From positions 258,364 to 322,363 of the forward strand of contig JAZAMN010000024.1 of assembly GCA_036229005.1 (NCBI GenBank): a DNA stretch of 64,000 bases, in the 5' to 3' direction. The notes beneath the pieces are model-generated. The model was not told the origin of the DNA and ran no database searches. It was given only the letters and a program-made list of their open reading frames with translations. Below are positions 9,158 to 18,589 of this stretch, one piece after another. This DNA comes from Myxococcota bacterium (GTDB lineage: Bacteria > Myxococcota_A > UBA796 > CAJQPC01). Numbering within the stretch: the stretch's first letter is position 1; each line of letters starts with the position of its first letter. The position numbers and the translations under genes were made by a program.

Positions 9158-10808
9158 GGGCCGACTCTGGTGGGTCTGGGGCCTGCTCTGCGTGGGCATC
9201 CTGGTGGCCTGGCTGCCCGCGCTCCAGGGCCCCTTTGTCTACGACGACCGCCTGGAGGTCGTGGGCAACGGAACCATCCAGGACCTCTCCCAGTGGCAGC
9301 TGATCCTGGGCTACAACTGGTCCCGGCCCTTGACCATCGCGAGCTACGCGCTCAACCACGCGGTGCACGGACCGCAGGTGCTGGGCTACCACCTGGTGGA
9401 CCTGGTCCTGCACATGGTCAGCGCCGGACTGGCCCTGCTCACCCTCCGGGAGGTCTCCCGGATCCTGGAGCTTGAACGCCCGCTCTGGTTCAGCGCGATC
9501 GGCGCATCCATGTGGGCACTCCATCCGCTGCAGACCGAGTCGGTGAGCTACATCGCCGGCCGCTCCGAGCAGCTCGCCGCCCTGCTGGTGCTCCTGGGTC
9601 TGTGGTCCTGGCTGCGATTCCTGCAGGCGCCAGGATCCCGCCGCGAGCAGCAGTTCCTCGCCTGGGCCGCGGTGTCTCTTGCGGTGTTCGCGAAGGAGAC
9701 CGGCGTCGTGTTGGTCCCACTCATGGCGGCTGCCGACTGGCTCCTCCTCAACCGAGGGCAGCTCCGGCGGGTCCTCTGGCTTCGCTATGTCCCCGGTGTC
9801 GTGGGAATCGTGGCCTTCTTTGGGTTGCGGCTCTGGCTCTACGGCTCCCTGCTGTCTCCCGCAGAGCCCCTGCGGCCACTCTCCGAGCAGCTCCCCACCC
9901 AGAGCCTGGCCTGGACGCGCTACCTGCGGCTCTCGCTGCTCCCCTACGGCCAGAGCCTCTTCCACGACCTGCCGGTCCACGGGCTGGACGGGATGACCGG
10001 GCTCGCCATGGCCGCCTGGCTGGGGGCGCTGATCGCGGCGCTTGGGCTCTCTGGGCGCTTCCCCGCCTTGAGCTTTGCCCTGATCGCGTGGGCGCTGTGC
10101 CTGGCCCCCAGCTCCAGCATCGTGGCGCTCAAGGAGACCATGGCCGAGCACCGGGTGCACCTGGCCCTGCTGGCCCCCATGTCCGTGCTCTCCGGCGCGC
10201 TGTTCTCGGGGAGGGAGAGGAGCGGCTGGGTCCGCTGGGTCGCTCTGGGGCTCACCGCCGGGCTGCTGGTCCTGTCCTTCAACCGCAACACCCTCTGGTC
10301 CAGCGAGGTCACCCTGTGGCAGGACGCCGTGGCCAAGAACCCCGAGTCGGCGGAGGCCCGCTACGCCTTGGGCGACGCCCGGCGGCTGGCAGGAGACCCT
10401 GAGGGCGCGCGCAAGGCCTACAAGGCAGCCACCCGCCTGGACCCGACCTACGCCGCCGCTTTCAACAACCTGGGGCTGCTGGAGCTCCAGATCGGGGGAC
10501 AGGGCGCCGCCGAGCAGGCCTGGAAGCAGGCGCTGGTGGCCAATCCCCGCTACTGCCCAGCGCACAACAACCTGGGCCAGCTCTACATGCAGCAGCGCAA
10601 GCCGCGGCAGGCGATGCTGGAGCTGAACACCACCCTGAGCAAGTGCCCACAGGACTGCATGGCGCACCGCCTGCTGGGCGCGCTCTACGAGGAGCACGTC
10701 CCGGACCGGGCGCTCGCCATCCGCCACTACGAGGCCGCGCTGGAGATCTGCCCCGCGGCGAGCTGGAGCCCGGACGTGCGGGAGCGCCTCACGCGGCTGA
10801 CCTGGTAG
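9147..10808 (+). CDS. TMTC-like GT-C glycosyltransferase with C-terminal TPR repeats
   Basis: FVYDD, RPL, YHLVDLVLH, HPLQTESVSYIAGRSE, KETG, AEHRVHL and RNTLWSSEVTLW, followed by TPRs (AFNNLG, AHNNLG). Confidence 0.85.
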   Translation: MEREGRLWWVWGLLCVGILVAWLPALQGPFVYDDRLEVVGNGTIQDLSQWQLILGYNWSRPLTIASYALNHAVHGPQVLGYHLVDLVLHMVSAGLALLTLREVSRILELERPLWFSAIGASMWALHPLQTESVSYIAGRSEQLAALLVLLGLWSWLRFLQAPGSRREQQFLAWAAVSLAVFAKETGVVLVPLMAAADWLLLNRGQLRRVLWLRYVPGVVGIVAFFGLRLWLYGSLLSPAEPLRPLSEQLPTQSLAWTRYLRLSLLPYGQSLFHDLPVHGLDGMTGLAMAAWLGALIAALGLSGRFPALSFALIAWALCLAPSSSIVALKETMAEHRVHLALLAPMSVLSGALFSGRERSGWVRWVALGLTAGLLVLSFNRNTLWSSEVTLWQDAVAKNPESAEARYALGDARRLAGDPEGARKAYKAATRLDPTYAAAFNNLGLLELQIGGQGAAEQAWKQALVANPRYCPAHNNLGQLYMQQRKPRQAMLELNTTLSKCPQDCMAHRLLGALYEEHVPDRALAIRHYEAALEICPAASWSPDVRERLTRLTW

Positions 10809-10846
10809 CCCCTGGGGGCCTGATGTCGCTGGGTGATGGCGCACGA

Positions 10847-11194
10847 TCACACCCGGAAGCGGTGGCCCGGGGTGTCCGGCTCCAGCAGCCCCAGCTTGAC
10901 CAGACGGGCCGTGACGGCGCCGCGCGAACGCCCCAGCTCCTTGGACAGCTCGGCGCGGGACCTGCCCGCCTCATGCCCGTCTCTGAGGCGCTGCTCTTCG
11001 TCCTCGGACCAGGGCGCCCCGGCCCGCACAGCGGGGGTCTTGGGGTTTCGCTCCAGCTCCTTTGCCGCGAGCACCAGGGCCCGGACGACATCGACCTCGT
11101 GGCACACCGAGTGGTCGGGCAGCGCGCCGCCAAAGATTGGGTGCTGGCCCTGGGCCAGGCACGAGAGCACACGCCTTGCTTCTGCACGTTCCAT
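10847..11194 (-). CDS. Small conserved protein with C-terminal Myb/HTH-like motif
   Basis: AGAPWSEDEEQRL...ELSKELGRSRGAVTARLVKLGL; G-rich SD. Confidence 0.8.
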   Translation of the reverse strand: MERAEARRVLSCLAQGQHPIFGGALPDHSVCHEVDVVRALVLAAKELERNPKTPAVRAGAPWSEDEEQRLRDGHEAGRSRAELSKELGRSRGAVTARLVKLGLLEPDTPGHRFRV

Positions 11195-11224
11195 GATTCC
11201 CCCCCTGAGGGACTTGGGTTGACA

Positions 11225-11240
11225 CTGAACAACTATACAG
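11225..11240 (-). promoter_or_regulatory. Putative LexA (SOS) box overlapping a sigma70-like promoter
   Basis: Minus strand CTGTATAGTTGTTCAG (CTG-N10-CAG) inside the palindrome GACACTG-N10-CAGTGTC (11221-11244); TTGACG at 11258-11253. Confidence 0.7.
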
Positions 11241-11274
11241 TGTCTCTCAAATCGTCAAGCGAGGGGATCCTGGG

Positions 11275-12669
11275 TCAGACGCCGCCTTCCGCTCGACTGG
11301 GCTGGTAGGGGGAGCCAGCCAGGGACCAGCGGGCCATCGCGCCCCCCAGCCGCAAGGCTTCGCGCCAGGCGCCGCTGGCCAGCGCGTCCCTGGAGAGGCG
11401 GATCAGCGGCCTGGGGCGAAGGTAGAAGCCGCGCCAGGCCTCGCGCATCAGGGAGGCCAGCTCCTGCGGAGGGAGGTCGCTCACCGTCTGGCGATCCGCG
11501 TCTCCGTCCACCGGGTTCTGGACGTCGCCGCCCGCCTGGTGGCCGTGGGTCGCGAACAGCGGGGTGCCGGGCAGGGCGACCAGCGAGCTGAACTGGACGT
11601 AGTCGGCCTGCAGCTCGCGAACGAAGCGCAGGGTCTGTCGGACGGCGTTGGCGTCCTCTCCAGGGGCCCCGAGGATGATGTAGGCCACGCTGCGCAGGCC
11701 CGCCTCGCGGGTCCAGGAGAAGGCTCGGCGCACCTGCTCCAGCCGCAGGTCCTTCCGGAGGAGCGCCAGGGTCTCGGGGTTGGCGGACTCCACGCCGTAG
11801 GCCACCACGCGGCAGCCTGCGCGGCGCATCAGGCGCAGCAGCTCCAGGTCCACGCCGTCGGCGCGTCCCTCCGCCTTCCACTCGATGCGGAGCCCGCGGC
11901 GCAGGATCTCCTCGCAGATCTCCACGACCCGCCGCCTGTGCAGGGTGAAGTTGTCGTCGTAGAAGTTGACGAAGCCCACCCCAGAGCGCTCCAGAGCCTC
12001 CAACTCGTCGACGACATCCTTGGCCCCCCGGGCGCGCCAGCGGCTCCCGCTGACGCTCTTGTCGCAGAACGAGCAGGCAAAGGGGCACCCGCGGGAGGTC
12101 AACATCGTCGCAAAGCCCGGCTGCGTCGCCATGAGGTAGCGATAGGCCCCCTGGGGCAGCAGGTCCCGGGCCGGCCAGGGGATGGACTCGATCTCCGCGC
12201 TGGGCTGGTGGGCCCGGTAGGGGTGGCCGGGGGCTTGGATCCCGGCGGGGGGAGGGCCCTCCGCGCCTGCGCCCACCCAGTCCAGGTAGGGGAGCCAGGT
12301 CTCTTCGGCCTCCCCGATCGCCAGGTGATCCACCGCATCGCAGTCGGCGAACACCTGCTCCCGCAGCGCGGTGGGGTGGGGGCCCCCCAGGATGATGTTC
12401 CGCGCATGCGGACGCGCCAACTCTGCGGCCCGGTAGGCCACGTCGGCTACAGGCGTCATGGCACCCAGGCCGAGCACGTCGGGCTTGAGGCGCGCCAGCT
12501 CGGCCTCGAAGCGCTGCCAGCTCCAGCCCAGCGCGTAGGCGTCCAACAAGGTGATGTCCCGGCCGGCCTGTCGGCTGACGGCTGCCAGGTAGCTCAGCCC
12601 CAGGGGGGGGACGGGCAGCCCGGCGTCCCGGGCGTCGCGTCGCGGGGGGCGGGCCAAGACGGTGCGCAT
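11275..12669 (-). CDS. Cobalamin-binding radical SAM protein
   Basis: PPLGLSYLAA, GGPHPT, GEAE, TSRGCPFACSFC, DDNF and GVES. Confidence 0.92.
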   Translation of the reverse strand: MRTVLARPPRRDARDAGLPVPPLGLSYLAAVSRQAGRDITLLDAYALGWSWQRFEAELARLKPDVLGLGAMTPVADVAYRAAELARPHARNIILGGPHPTALREQVFADCDAVDHLAIGEAEETWLPYLDWVGAGAEGPPPAGIQAPGHPYRAHQPSAEIESIPWPARDLLPQGAYRYLMATQPGFATMLTSRGCPFACSFCDKSVSGSRWRARGAKDVVDELEALERSGVGFVNFYDDNFTLHRRRVVEICEEILRRGLRIEWKAEGRADGVDLELLRLMRRAGCRVVAYGVESANPETLALLRKDLRLEQVRRAFSWTREAGLRSVAYIILGAPGEDANAVRQTLRFVRELQADYVQFSSLVALPGTPLFATHGHQAGGDVQNPVDGDADRQTVSDLPPQELASLMREAWRGFYLRPRPLIRLSRDALASGAWREALRLGGAMARWSLAGSPYQPSRAEGGV

Positions 12670-12698
12670 GGCCCGAGTCTACCGCGTCCTGGGCGAGA

Positions 12699-13424
12699 TC
12701 AGCCGGCGACCAGTCGTCCCGCGGTCACGGCGAAGTTCATGGGCGGGTTGGCCTCGACCGCGGCGGCGTGCTCCCCCAGGTCCCAGCTTCGGGCTGCGGC
12801 GACCTCGGCGATGCGGTGTCGGATGCGGTTGCTCTCCTCGGTCTCCGAGGGCAGGCGGCCGATCAAGGAGGCGCGGGTCTGCTCGGTCTCGTCCTGGGCG
12901 ATCAGAACCTCGACGGCGTTGTAGCGACAGCCCTCGTCGAAGTCATCCAGGAACTTCGTGGCGCAGGTCACCACCGCGGGACCCTTGAAGTCGGCGAGCT
13001 TGACCAGCAGATCCCGCTTCTTCTGAGGCTTGAGGCCGGACTTCTTGTACTCGGCGTCCAGCAGCTCGAGCACCACGGCCTGGGTGCGATCGGCGCTCGT
13101 GAGCTTCTCGAAGAGGTTGAGGGGGCGGGAGAAGCTGTTCGCGGAGCGCAGGAAGGTCTCCAGGGGCCCGACGGCGTTCTGACCCAGGCCCAGGACCAGG
13201 TTGGAGACCTGCTCCTTCTCGGCTGCGTCCTTCATGCCGTGCTCATAGGTCATCTCGAAGCGCCCCAGCAGGCCCAGGATGGCCTCCTCGCTGCCCTCTT
13301 CAGCCAGCCAGAGCGCGATGCTCTCGCGCTCCTCCAGGGGGGTGTCCTTGTTGCGGAGCTTCTTGCTGTACTTCTTGATCTTGCTCTCGCCAGATCCACC
13401 CTTGAACCAGTCCAGGAGGCCCAT
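12699..13424 (-). CDS. HEAT-repeat-like conserved protein
   Basis: MGLLDWF start; helical repeats; strong codon bias. Confidence 0.7.
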   Translation of the reverse strand: MGLLDWFKGGSGESKIKKYSKKLRNKDTPLEERESIALWLAEEGSEEAILGLLGRFEMTYEHGMKDAAEKEQVSNLVLGLGQNAVGPLETFLRSANSFSRPLNLFEKLTSADRTQAVVLELLDAEYKKSGLKPQKKRDLLVKLADFKGPAVVTCATKFLDDFDEGCRYNAVEVLIAQDETEQTRASLIGRLPSETEESNRIRHRIAEVAAARSWDLGEHAAAVEANPPMNFAVTAGRLVAG

Positions 13425-13455
13425 CTCTACGCTCCGTTCATTGTCGGGCGGGCAT

Positions 13456-14211
13456 CTAAACCCCATCACCCGGGGGGACAAGCCCCAGCCAGAGCCCAGC
13501 CTGCCAATCGGGGGCCGCAGGTGTGAGCCCGAAGCCTCCTGTTGCGCCCACCTGAACGGGCCCGCGCAGCGGCAGAGCCCAGCCGACCCGAACGCTGGCG
13601 TCGTGCGGATTGCGGGGGGACTGCACCCGCCAGTCCGTCGCCACCAGGGCCTCGCCTGGGCCCGCAGGCACGTAGACGCGGGCTCGGAGCAGCAGTGCGT
13701 CGTCCTGGGCGTTGAGCTGGTGGGGGTGTCCGGCGATCCACAGGAAGGCCCCAAGGTCCCAGCGGAGCCGCTCCCGCTCTGTCCGGGACCACAGCCCCAA
13801 GGCGGTGTCGGTCTCGTCCGTGCCCAGCGGGGGCTCCGCGTTCGGGAGCTTGAGCTCCCAGTGGATCCAGAGCGCGGAGGCCTGAGAGGGGAGCGTCCAG
13901 AGTCGCGCCTGCGTCGTGAGTTGCAGATCGCCTGGACCGGTGATCCGGGTCCCCGCGGCGTCGCGTGCTGAAAGAACGCGCCAGCTCGCCGAGAGCTGCA
14001 CGGGATCGGCCGGTCGCCATGTCAACTCTCCTGACACGGCGCTCAGATCGCGCTCGCTGAGAGTGAATGGCGCGACGGTGCCTTGGTCGTGACGGAGCGT
14101 GAACGCGCCTGTGATGGGGGCCTGCACCACCTGAGCGGTCTCCGGCCACAGCACGGGCTGGGACGCATATGCCGCGAAGGAGGCGAGGGTTGCAGGGGAA
14201 AAAGGTCTCAT
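13456..14211 (-). CDS. Putative outer-membrane beta-barrel protein
   Basis: Alternating aromatic/hydrophobic strands; KLPNA...GTDETD; terminal GLTPAAPDWQAGLWL. Confidence 0.55.
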   Translation of the reverse strand: MRPFSPATLASFAAYASQPVLWPETAQVVQAPITGAFTLRHDQGTVAPFTLSERDLSAVSGELTWRPADPVQLSASWRVLSARDAAGTRITGPGDLQLTTQARLWTLPSQASALWIHWELKLPNAEPPLGTDETDTALGLWSRTERERLRWDLGAFLWIAGHPHQLNAQDDALLLRARVYVPAGPGEALVATDWRVQSPRNPHDASVRVGWALPLRGPVQVGATGGFGLTPAAPDWQAGLWLGLVPPGDGV

Positions 14212-14227
14212 CCAGGTCAGCTTTCTG

Positions 14228-14257
14228 TTGACGATTGGCCAAAGGCATGCGTAGTTT
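14228..14257 (+). promoter_or_regulatory. Putative promoter of the PKD-lipoprotein operon
   Basis: TTGACG-N18-TAGTTT; also contains a sigma54-like TGGC-N7-ATGC (GG-N10-GC). Confidence 0.4.
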
Positions 14258-14340
14258 AGGCCGAAGCCTGATCCAGACGAGCCCTGTCGCCTGAATTCAC
14301 CTTCGTTCTCACGGTACCCCCTTCCGCGGAGCAGAGTCCG

Positions 14341-15738
14341 ATGCTCAAGACCAGCCGGATCGCCCTCACCACCCTCGCCATCGGTTCACTGACCCTCCTT
14401 GCGGCTTGCAAGGACGGTGAGGACACCGGGCCCCAGTACTGCCCGCCCTTCGCGGACGCTGGGGAAGACCAGGACGCCATCCTGGAGGACGTCGTCACCC
14501 TCGACGCGAGCCTCTCCGGTTGGGCCGACCCCGACGATCCGGACCTGTCCTGCCAGGGGGATCACGCCCTCAGCTACACCTGGACCTTCCAGTCGGTGCC
14601 TGTGGGCTCCGCGGTGGACGACGGTGTGCTCTCGGACAACAACAGCCCCACGGCCGTGAGCGCGACCTTCCAGCCCGACATCATCGGCACCTACGTGGTC
14701 AGCCTCAGCGTCGAGGACGAGATCACCGGCGTCGCGGACCAGAACGACCTGGTGATCATCACCGTCACCTCCTCGGATGGTGTCCCTGTCGCTGACGCCG
14801 GTGACGACGTCACCGCGCAGGTCGGCACCCGCATCGAGCTCGACGGCTCGGGCTCCGAGGACCCCGAGGGCTTGGAGCTCGACTTCTCCTGGTCCATCTC
14901 CTCCGCCCCGGAGTGTTCCGGCCTGGAGAGCGGCGACCTCTACAACGCGAACACCGCCTCTCCCTCGATGATCTGCGACTGCGCCGGGACCTACCTGGTG
15001 GAGCTGGTGGTCAGCGACGGGGTGCAGTGGTCCCCGGTCGACAGCGCGACCGTGACCTGCACCGACGGCAACCAGCCCCCTGTCGCGGACGCTGGTGACT
15101 CCGGCGCCATGGAGCCCTGCACCGACAGCACCGTCGAGCTGGACGGCTTCGGCTCCTACGACCCCGAGGGCGAGGCCCTGACCTACCAGTGGAACCTGCT
15201 GGAGGTCCCTGCGGAGTCGACCCTGACCGAGGCCGACCTGAGCGACCTGAGCATCGCAAACCCGATGTTCACCTGGGATGTGGCGGGTGACTACACCTTC
15301 CAGCTTCAGGTCTACGATGGTGAGAACTGGTCGGCTCCCGACGTCGTCACCATGACCTTCCTGGATCCCGCGGTCGACAACACCTCCCCCGTGGCCAACG
15401 CGGGCGAGAACCAGTCGGTTGACCTCGAGGCCGCCTGCACCACCTCCTCCTACGTCTGGACCTGTGACGCCTGCGAGGTCCAGGAGTTCGAGGTCGACGG
15501 CTCCGGCTCCTTCGACCCCGACGGTGACGACATCACCTACCAGTGGACGACCGAGGAGAGCGACGTCACGATCGACTCCCCTTACGCCTTCAAGAGCACC
15601 ATCTGGGTGGGCGAGACCGAGGCCACCTACGGCAGCAGCACGGCCTACAACTTCGACATCCAGCTCGAGACGGCCGACTGCACCCAGTCGGACACTGATA
15701 CTGTCCGCCTGACCGTCAACTGCGAAGGCACCAACTGA
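14341..15738 (+). CDS. Acidic PKD/REJ-like repeat lipoprotein
   Basis: LAAC lipobox; four units of P-x-A-D/N-AG...LDGS.S.DP.G..L.Y.W. Confidence 0.85.
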   Translation: MLKTSRIALTTLAIGSLTLLAACKDGEDTGPQYCPPFADAGEDQDAILEDVVTLDASLSGWADPDDPDLSCQGDHALSYTWTFQSVPVGSAVDDGVLSDNNSPTAVSATFQPDIIGTYVVSLSVEDEITGVADQNDLVIITVTSSDGVPVADAGDDVTAQVGTRIELDGSGSEDPEGLELDFSWSISSAPECSGLESGDLYNANTASPSMICDCAGTYLVELVVSDGVQWSPVDSATVTCTDGNQPPVADAGDSGAMEPCTDSTVELDGFGSYDPEGEALTYQWNLLEVPAESTLTEADLSDLSIANPMFTWDVAGDYTFQLQVYDGENWSAPDVVTMTFLDPAVDNTSPVANAGENQSVDLEAACTTSSYVWTCDACEVQEFEVDGSGSFDPDGDDITYQWTTEESDVTIDSPYAFKSTIWVGETEATYGSSTAYNFDIQLETADCTQSDTDTVRLTVNCEGTN

Positions 15739-15752
15739 GCGAGGCTCCGCAC

Positions 15753-17165
15753 ATGACCAGCTTTACCCGCGCATTCTCTGCCCTTGGTCTCGTCGCGCTG
15801 GCGAGCCTTGTGGCCTGCAACAAGGACTCCGAGGACTCCGCTCCGGTCGACACCAACGAGGCGCCCACCGCGGACGCCGGTGAGGACCAGGTGGTGAACT
15901 TCGGGACCGTCAGCCTCAACGCCTCCGGCTCCTTCGATCCGGACGGTGACTCCCTCTACTACGAGTGGGCCTTTGAGCATGTGCCTGACGGCTCCACCCT
16001 CGCCGAGGAGGAGGACGCGTTCCTCCACAACGGCAACGCGGCCGCCATCAGCACCAGCTTCAACCCCGACCGCCCCGGCACCTACGTGCTGGCGCTGCGT
16101 GTGCACGACGGCTTCCTCTACTCCGGCACCGACTACACCGTGGTCCAGGTGGAGATGGAGGACGACGCGCGCCCCGTCGCGGACGCTGGCGTCGACATCA
16201 CCGTCGAGGTCGGCACGGCGGTCACCCTGGACGGCTCCAAGTCCTATGACCCGACGGGTCTGGCGCTGAGCTACGGCTGGGCCTTCAACTCCCTGCCCGA
16301 CAAGTCTTCTCTGGACGGCAGCAGCCTCTCCGGTTCGGACACCGAGACCGCCAGCTTCACCCCAGACGCTCGCGGCGTGTACGAGCTGACCCTCATCGTG
16401 GACAACGGCATCCAGAGCTCCCTGAGCGACCTGGTCCGGGTGACCGTCACCGGTGACGACAGCGCCCCCGTCGCGAACGCCGGCGCCGACATCGCTGGTG
16501 AGGACTGCACCTACGTCAGCCTGGACGGTGCCAGCTCCGTGGACCCCGACGACGATGCGCTCCAGTACTACTGGGAGGTCCAGTCGGTCCCCTCCGGGTC
16601 TGCAGTGACCAACGCCGATCTGTCGGACCGCAGCGCCGAGTCCCCCACCATCTGGACGGATATCGCGGGCACCTACGTGCTGTCCCTGACCGTGTTCGAC
16701 GGCACCAACTGGTCCACCCCGGACCTGGTGACCCTCGAGCTCGGTGAGCGTAGCTACAACACACCTCCCGCCGTGAGCATCACCGCTCCCAGCGCGCTGT
16801 CGGCTGGCTACACCTGCTGCGAGGAGTCCGGCTACAGCTACGACTGTGACGACTGCCCCGACCAGGACTTCGAGATGCTGACCGACTACATCAGCATCGC
16901 GGACGCCGACGCAGATCCCTTCACCTACACCTGGTCCATCGTGAGCGGGTCGGGCGAGATCTCCGACGCAGCGAGCGTGCCCACGACCATCACCCTGGAA
17001 GACGTCACCGCGACGGAGCCCAGCGTGTGTGACACCACCAGCTACACCATCGCCCTGACGGTCACCGACTGCACCGGCGAGAGCACCTACACCGAGACCA
17101 CGATCGATGTGGAGTGCTGTGGCAGCGACGGCAGCGACAGCGCCGCCTCGGGTGTCTGCGACTGA
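15753..17165 (+). CDS. Acidic PKD/REJ-like repeat lipoprotein (tandem paralog)
   Basis: LVAC lipobox; the same repeat units; Cys-rich last domain. Confidence 0.85.
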   Translation: MTSFTRAFSALGLVALASLVACNKDSEDSAPVDTNEAPTADAGEDQVVNFGTVSLNASGSFDPDGDSLYYEWAFEHVPDGSTLAEEEDAFLHNGNAAAISTSFNPDRPGTYVLALRVHDGFLYSGTDYTVVQVEMEDDARPVADAGVDITVEVGTAVTLDGSKSYDPTGLALSYGWAFNSLPDKSSLDGSSLSGSDTETASFTPDARGVYELTLIVDNGIQSSLSDLVRVTVTGDDSAPVANAGADIAGEDCTYVSLDGASSVDPDDDALQYYWEVQSVPSGSAVTNADLSDRSAESPTIWTDIAGTYVLSLTVFDGTNWSTPDLVTLELGERSYNTPPAVSITAPSALSAGYTCCEESGYSYDCDDCPDQDFEMLTDYISIADADADPFTYTWSIVSGSGEISDAASVPTTITLEDVTATEPSVCDTTSYTIALTVTDCTGESTYTETTIDVECCGSDGSDSAASGVCD

Positions 17166-17182
17166 GCAGGCCGCGTCGTGAT

Positions 17183-17218
17183 AGAGCGGGCGGAGTCCTT
17201 CGGGGCTTCGCCCGTTTT
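17183..17218 (+). terminator. Rho-independent terminator
   Basis: CGGGCGGAGTCC-TTCG-GGGCTTCGCCCG-TTTT directly after the 15753-17165 stop. Confidence 0.8.
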
Positions 17219-17236
17219 GCTCTGAGGAGTCCTGGC

Positions 17237-18589
17237 TTGCTGGTGGTCTTTGCGCTCATGGCCTGCAGTCCCCCGGCCCAGGTATCCGAGCCCGCGCTGG
17301 GCGTACCGGCTGGACAGGAGCTGGTCACTGAGCGCCTGCGTGCGGGCTTGGGGCAGTGGATCCGCTTGGACCTGGCCTACGACGGCCCCTGGCCGGCGAA
17401 CCTGGCCTGGGAGGGGGTGGACCGCAGCGAGGGCAGCACGGCCTGGATCCAGGTGACCTCGCTGGGGGACAGGGTTGTGCGGGTTGAGGGGCTGGAGCGG
17501 GTGGTGACGGTGGACCCGGGAGCGAACCGACCCTCCCGATCCCCACTCCCCCTGGACAAGCGGCCGCTGACTGAGAGCCGCGGCACTTGCTTCGATCCGC
17601 GCTTCCCCACCCTGACGGGGAGTTGGGTGCTGGGCTGCGAGAATGGCCTGGTGGCGCAGGCCTGGAACGTCGAGAGCGGCGCGGTGCAGACGCTGGAGCC
17701 CGCGCAGCGCAGCCCGGGAGTGGGCTCTGGGGTGGCGTTCTGGCCAGGGGTGGGGGTGTGGCGCCTGGATGAGGGGGGCTTTGTGGCCTCCAAGCCCCAC
17801 CAGGTCAGCCCCATCGGGCCTGTGGTCGGGGACGGGGAGGGCTTCGTGCTCACCACGGAGGATGCGGTGATGTGGGGTGGCCTCACCGATGGGCAGCGCT
17901 TTAGGGAGCCCGCTGAGCCGGCGAGCTGGTATGCGCCGGCGCTGGCGGATGACGGCCCGGTGTGGGTGGACCGCAGGGAGGCTCCGCTCACCGGGTTGGA
18001 CCTCTACAGGCTGGTGGATGGGCAGGTCCGGGTGCTGGTGCGGGCGCCGGGGGACCAGCGCCATGTGGCGGCCAGCGGCCCTTGGATCGCGTGGATCGAG
18101 GACGGGTACGTGGTCGTGCAGGACACCCGCGTCGGGGAGCGCAGGCGCTACGCAGCGGACGCCCACACCGCCAGCGGCCTCAGCCTCTGGGGACCGGTCG
18201 CGTGCTGGGAGCAGTGGAACGGCGAGGACATCGACGCCGTGTGCAGCGACGGTCTGGTGGCCGGGGGAGCGGGACACCAGCGGCGCCCCGCGCGCTCCGG
18301 ACCCTGGCTCTTCTACGTGGACGAGGGGCGGCCCATGCTGGCCACTGCGCGCGAGCTCGTATGGGACGATGACGACCCCTTGGCGACCCCTCAGGGGCCG
18401 CGGGAGAACCTGCCCGGCGCCTACAGGGGGGCCGCTGTGCCCGCTGGAGTCCGCTACGCCCTGCCGGAGCTGCCGGGCCAGTGGCGCGTGGATGTCTGGG
18501 AGGACGGGGCCTGGGTGGCTCGCGGGGACTACACTGCCGGGGAGATGCTCACTGCCCAAGACGCCGTGCGCCTGGTGCGCGTCCCGTGA
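17237..18589 (+). CDS. Putative lipoprotein with beta-propeller-like repeats (start uncertain)
   Basis: GAGGAG before TTG; LMAC lipobox-like; repeated P-x-x-S-G-x-W-x-x-W blades. Confidence 0.55.
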   Translation: MLVVFALMACSPPAQVSEPALGVPAGQELVTERLRAGLGQWIRLDLAYDGPWPANLAWEGVDRSEGSTAWIQVTSLGDRVVRVEGLERVVTVDPGANRPSRSPLPLDKRPLTESRGTCFDPRFPTLTGSWVLGCENGLVAQAWNVESGAVQTLEPAQRSPGVGSGVAFWPGVGVWRLDEGGFVASKPHQVSPIGPVVGDGEGFVLTTEDAVMWGGLTDGQRFREPAEPASWYAPALADDGPVWVDRREAPLTGLDLYRLVDGQVRVLVRAPGDQRHVAASGPWIAWIEDGYVVVQDTRVGERRRYAADAHTASGLSLWGPVACWEQWNGEDIDAVCSDGLVAGGAGHQRRPARSGPWLFYVDEGRPMLATARELVWDDDDPLATPQGPRENLPGAYRGAAVPAGVRYALPELPGQWRVDVWEDGAWVARGDYTAGEMLTAQDAVRLVRVP

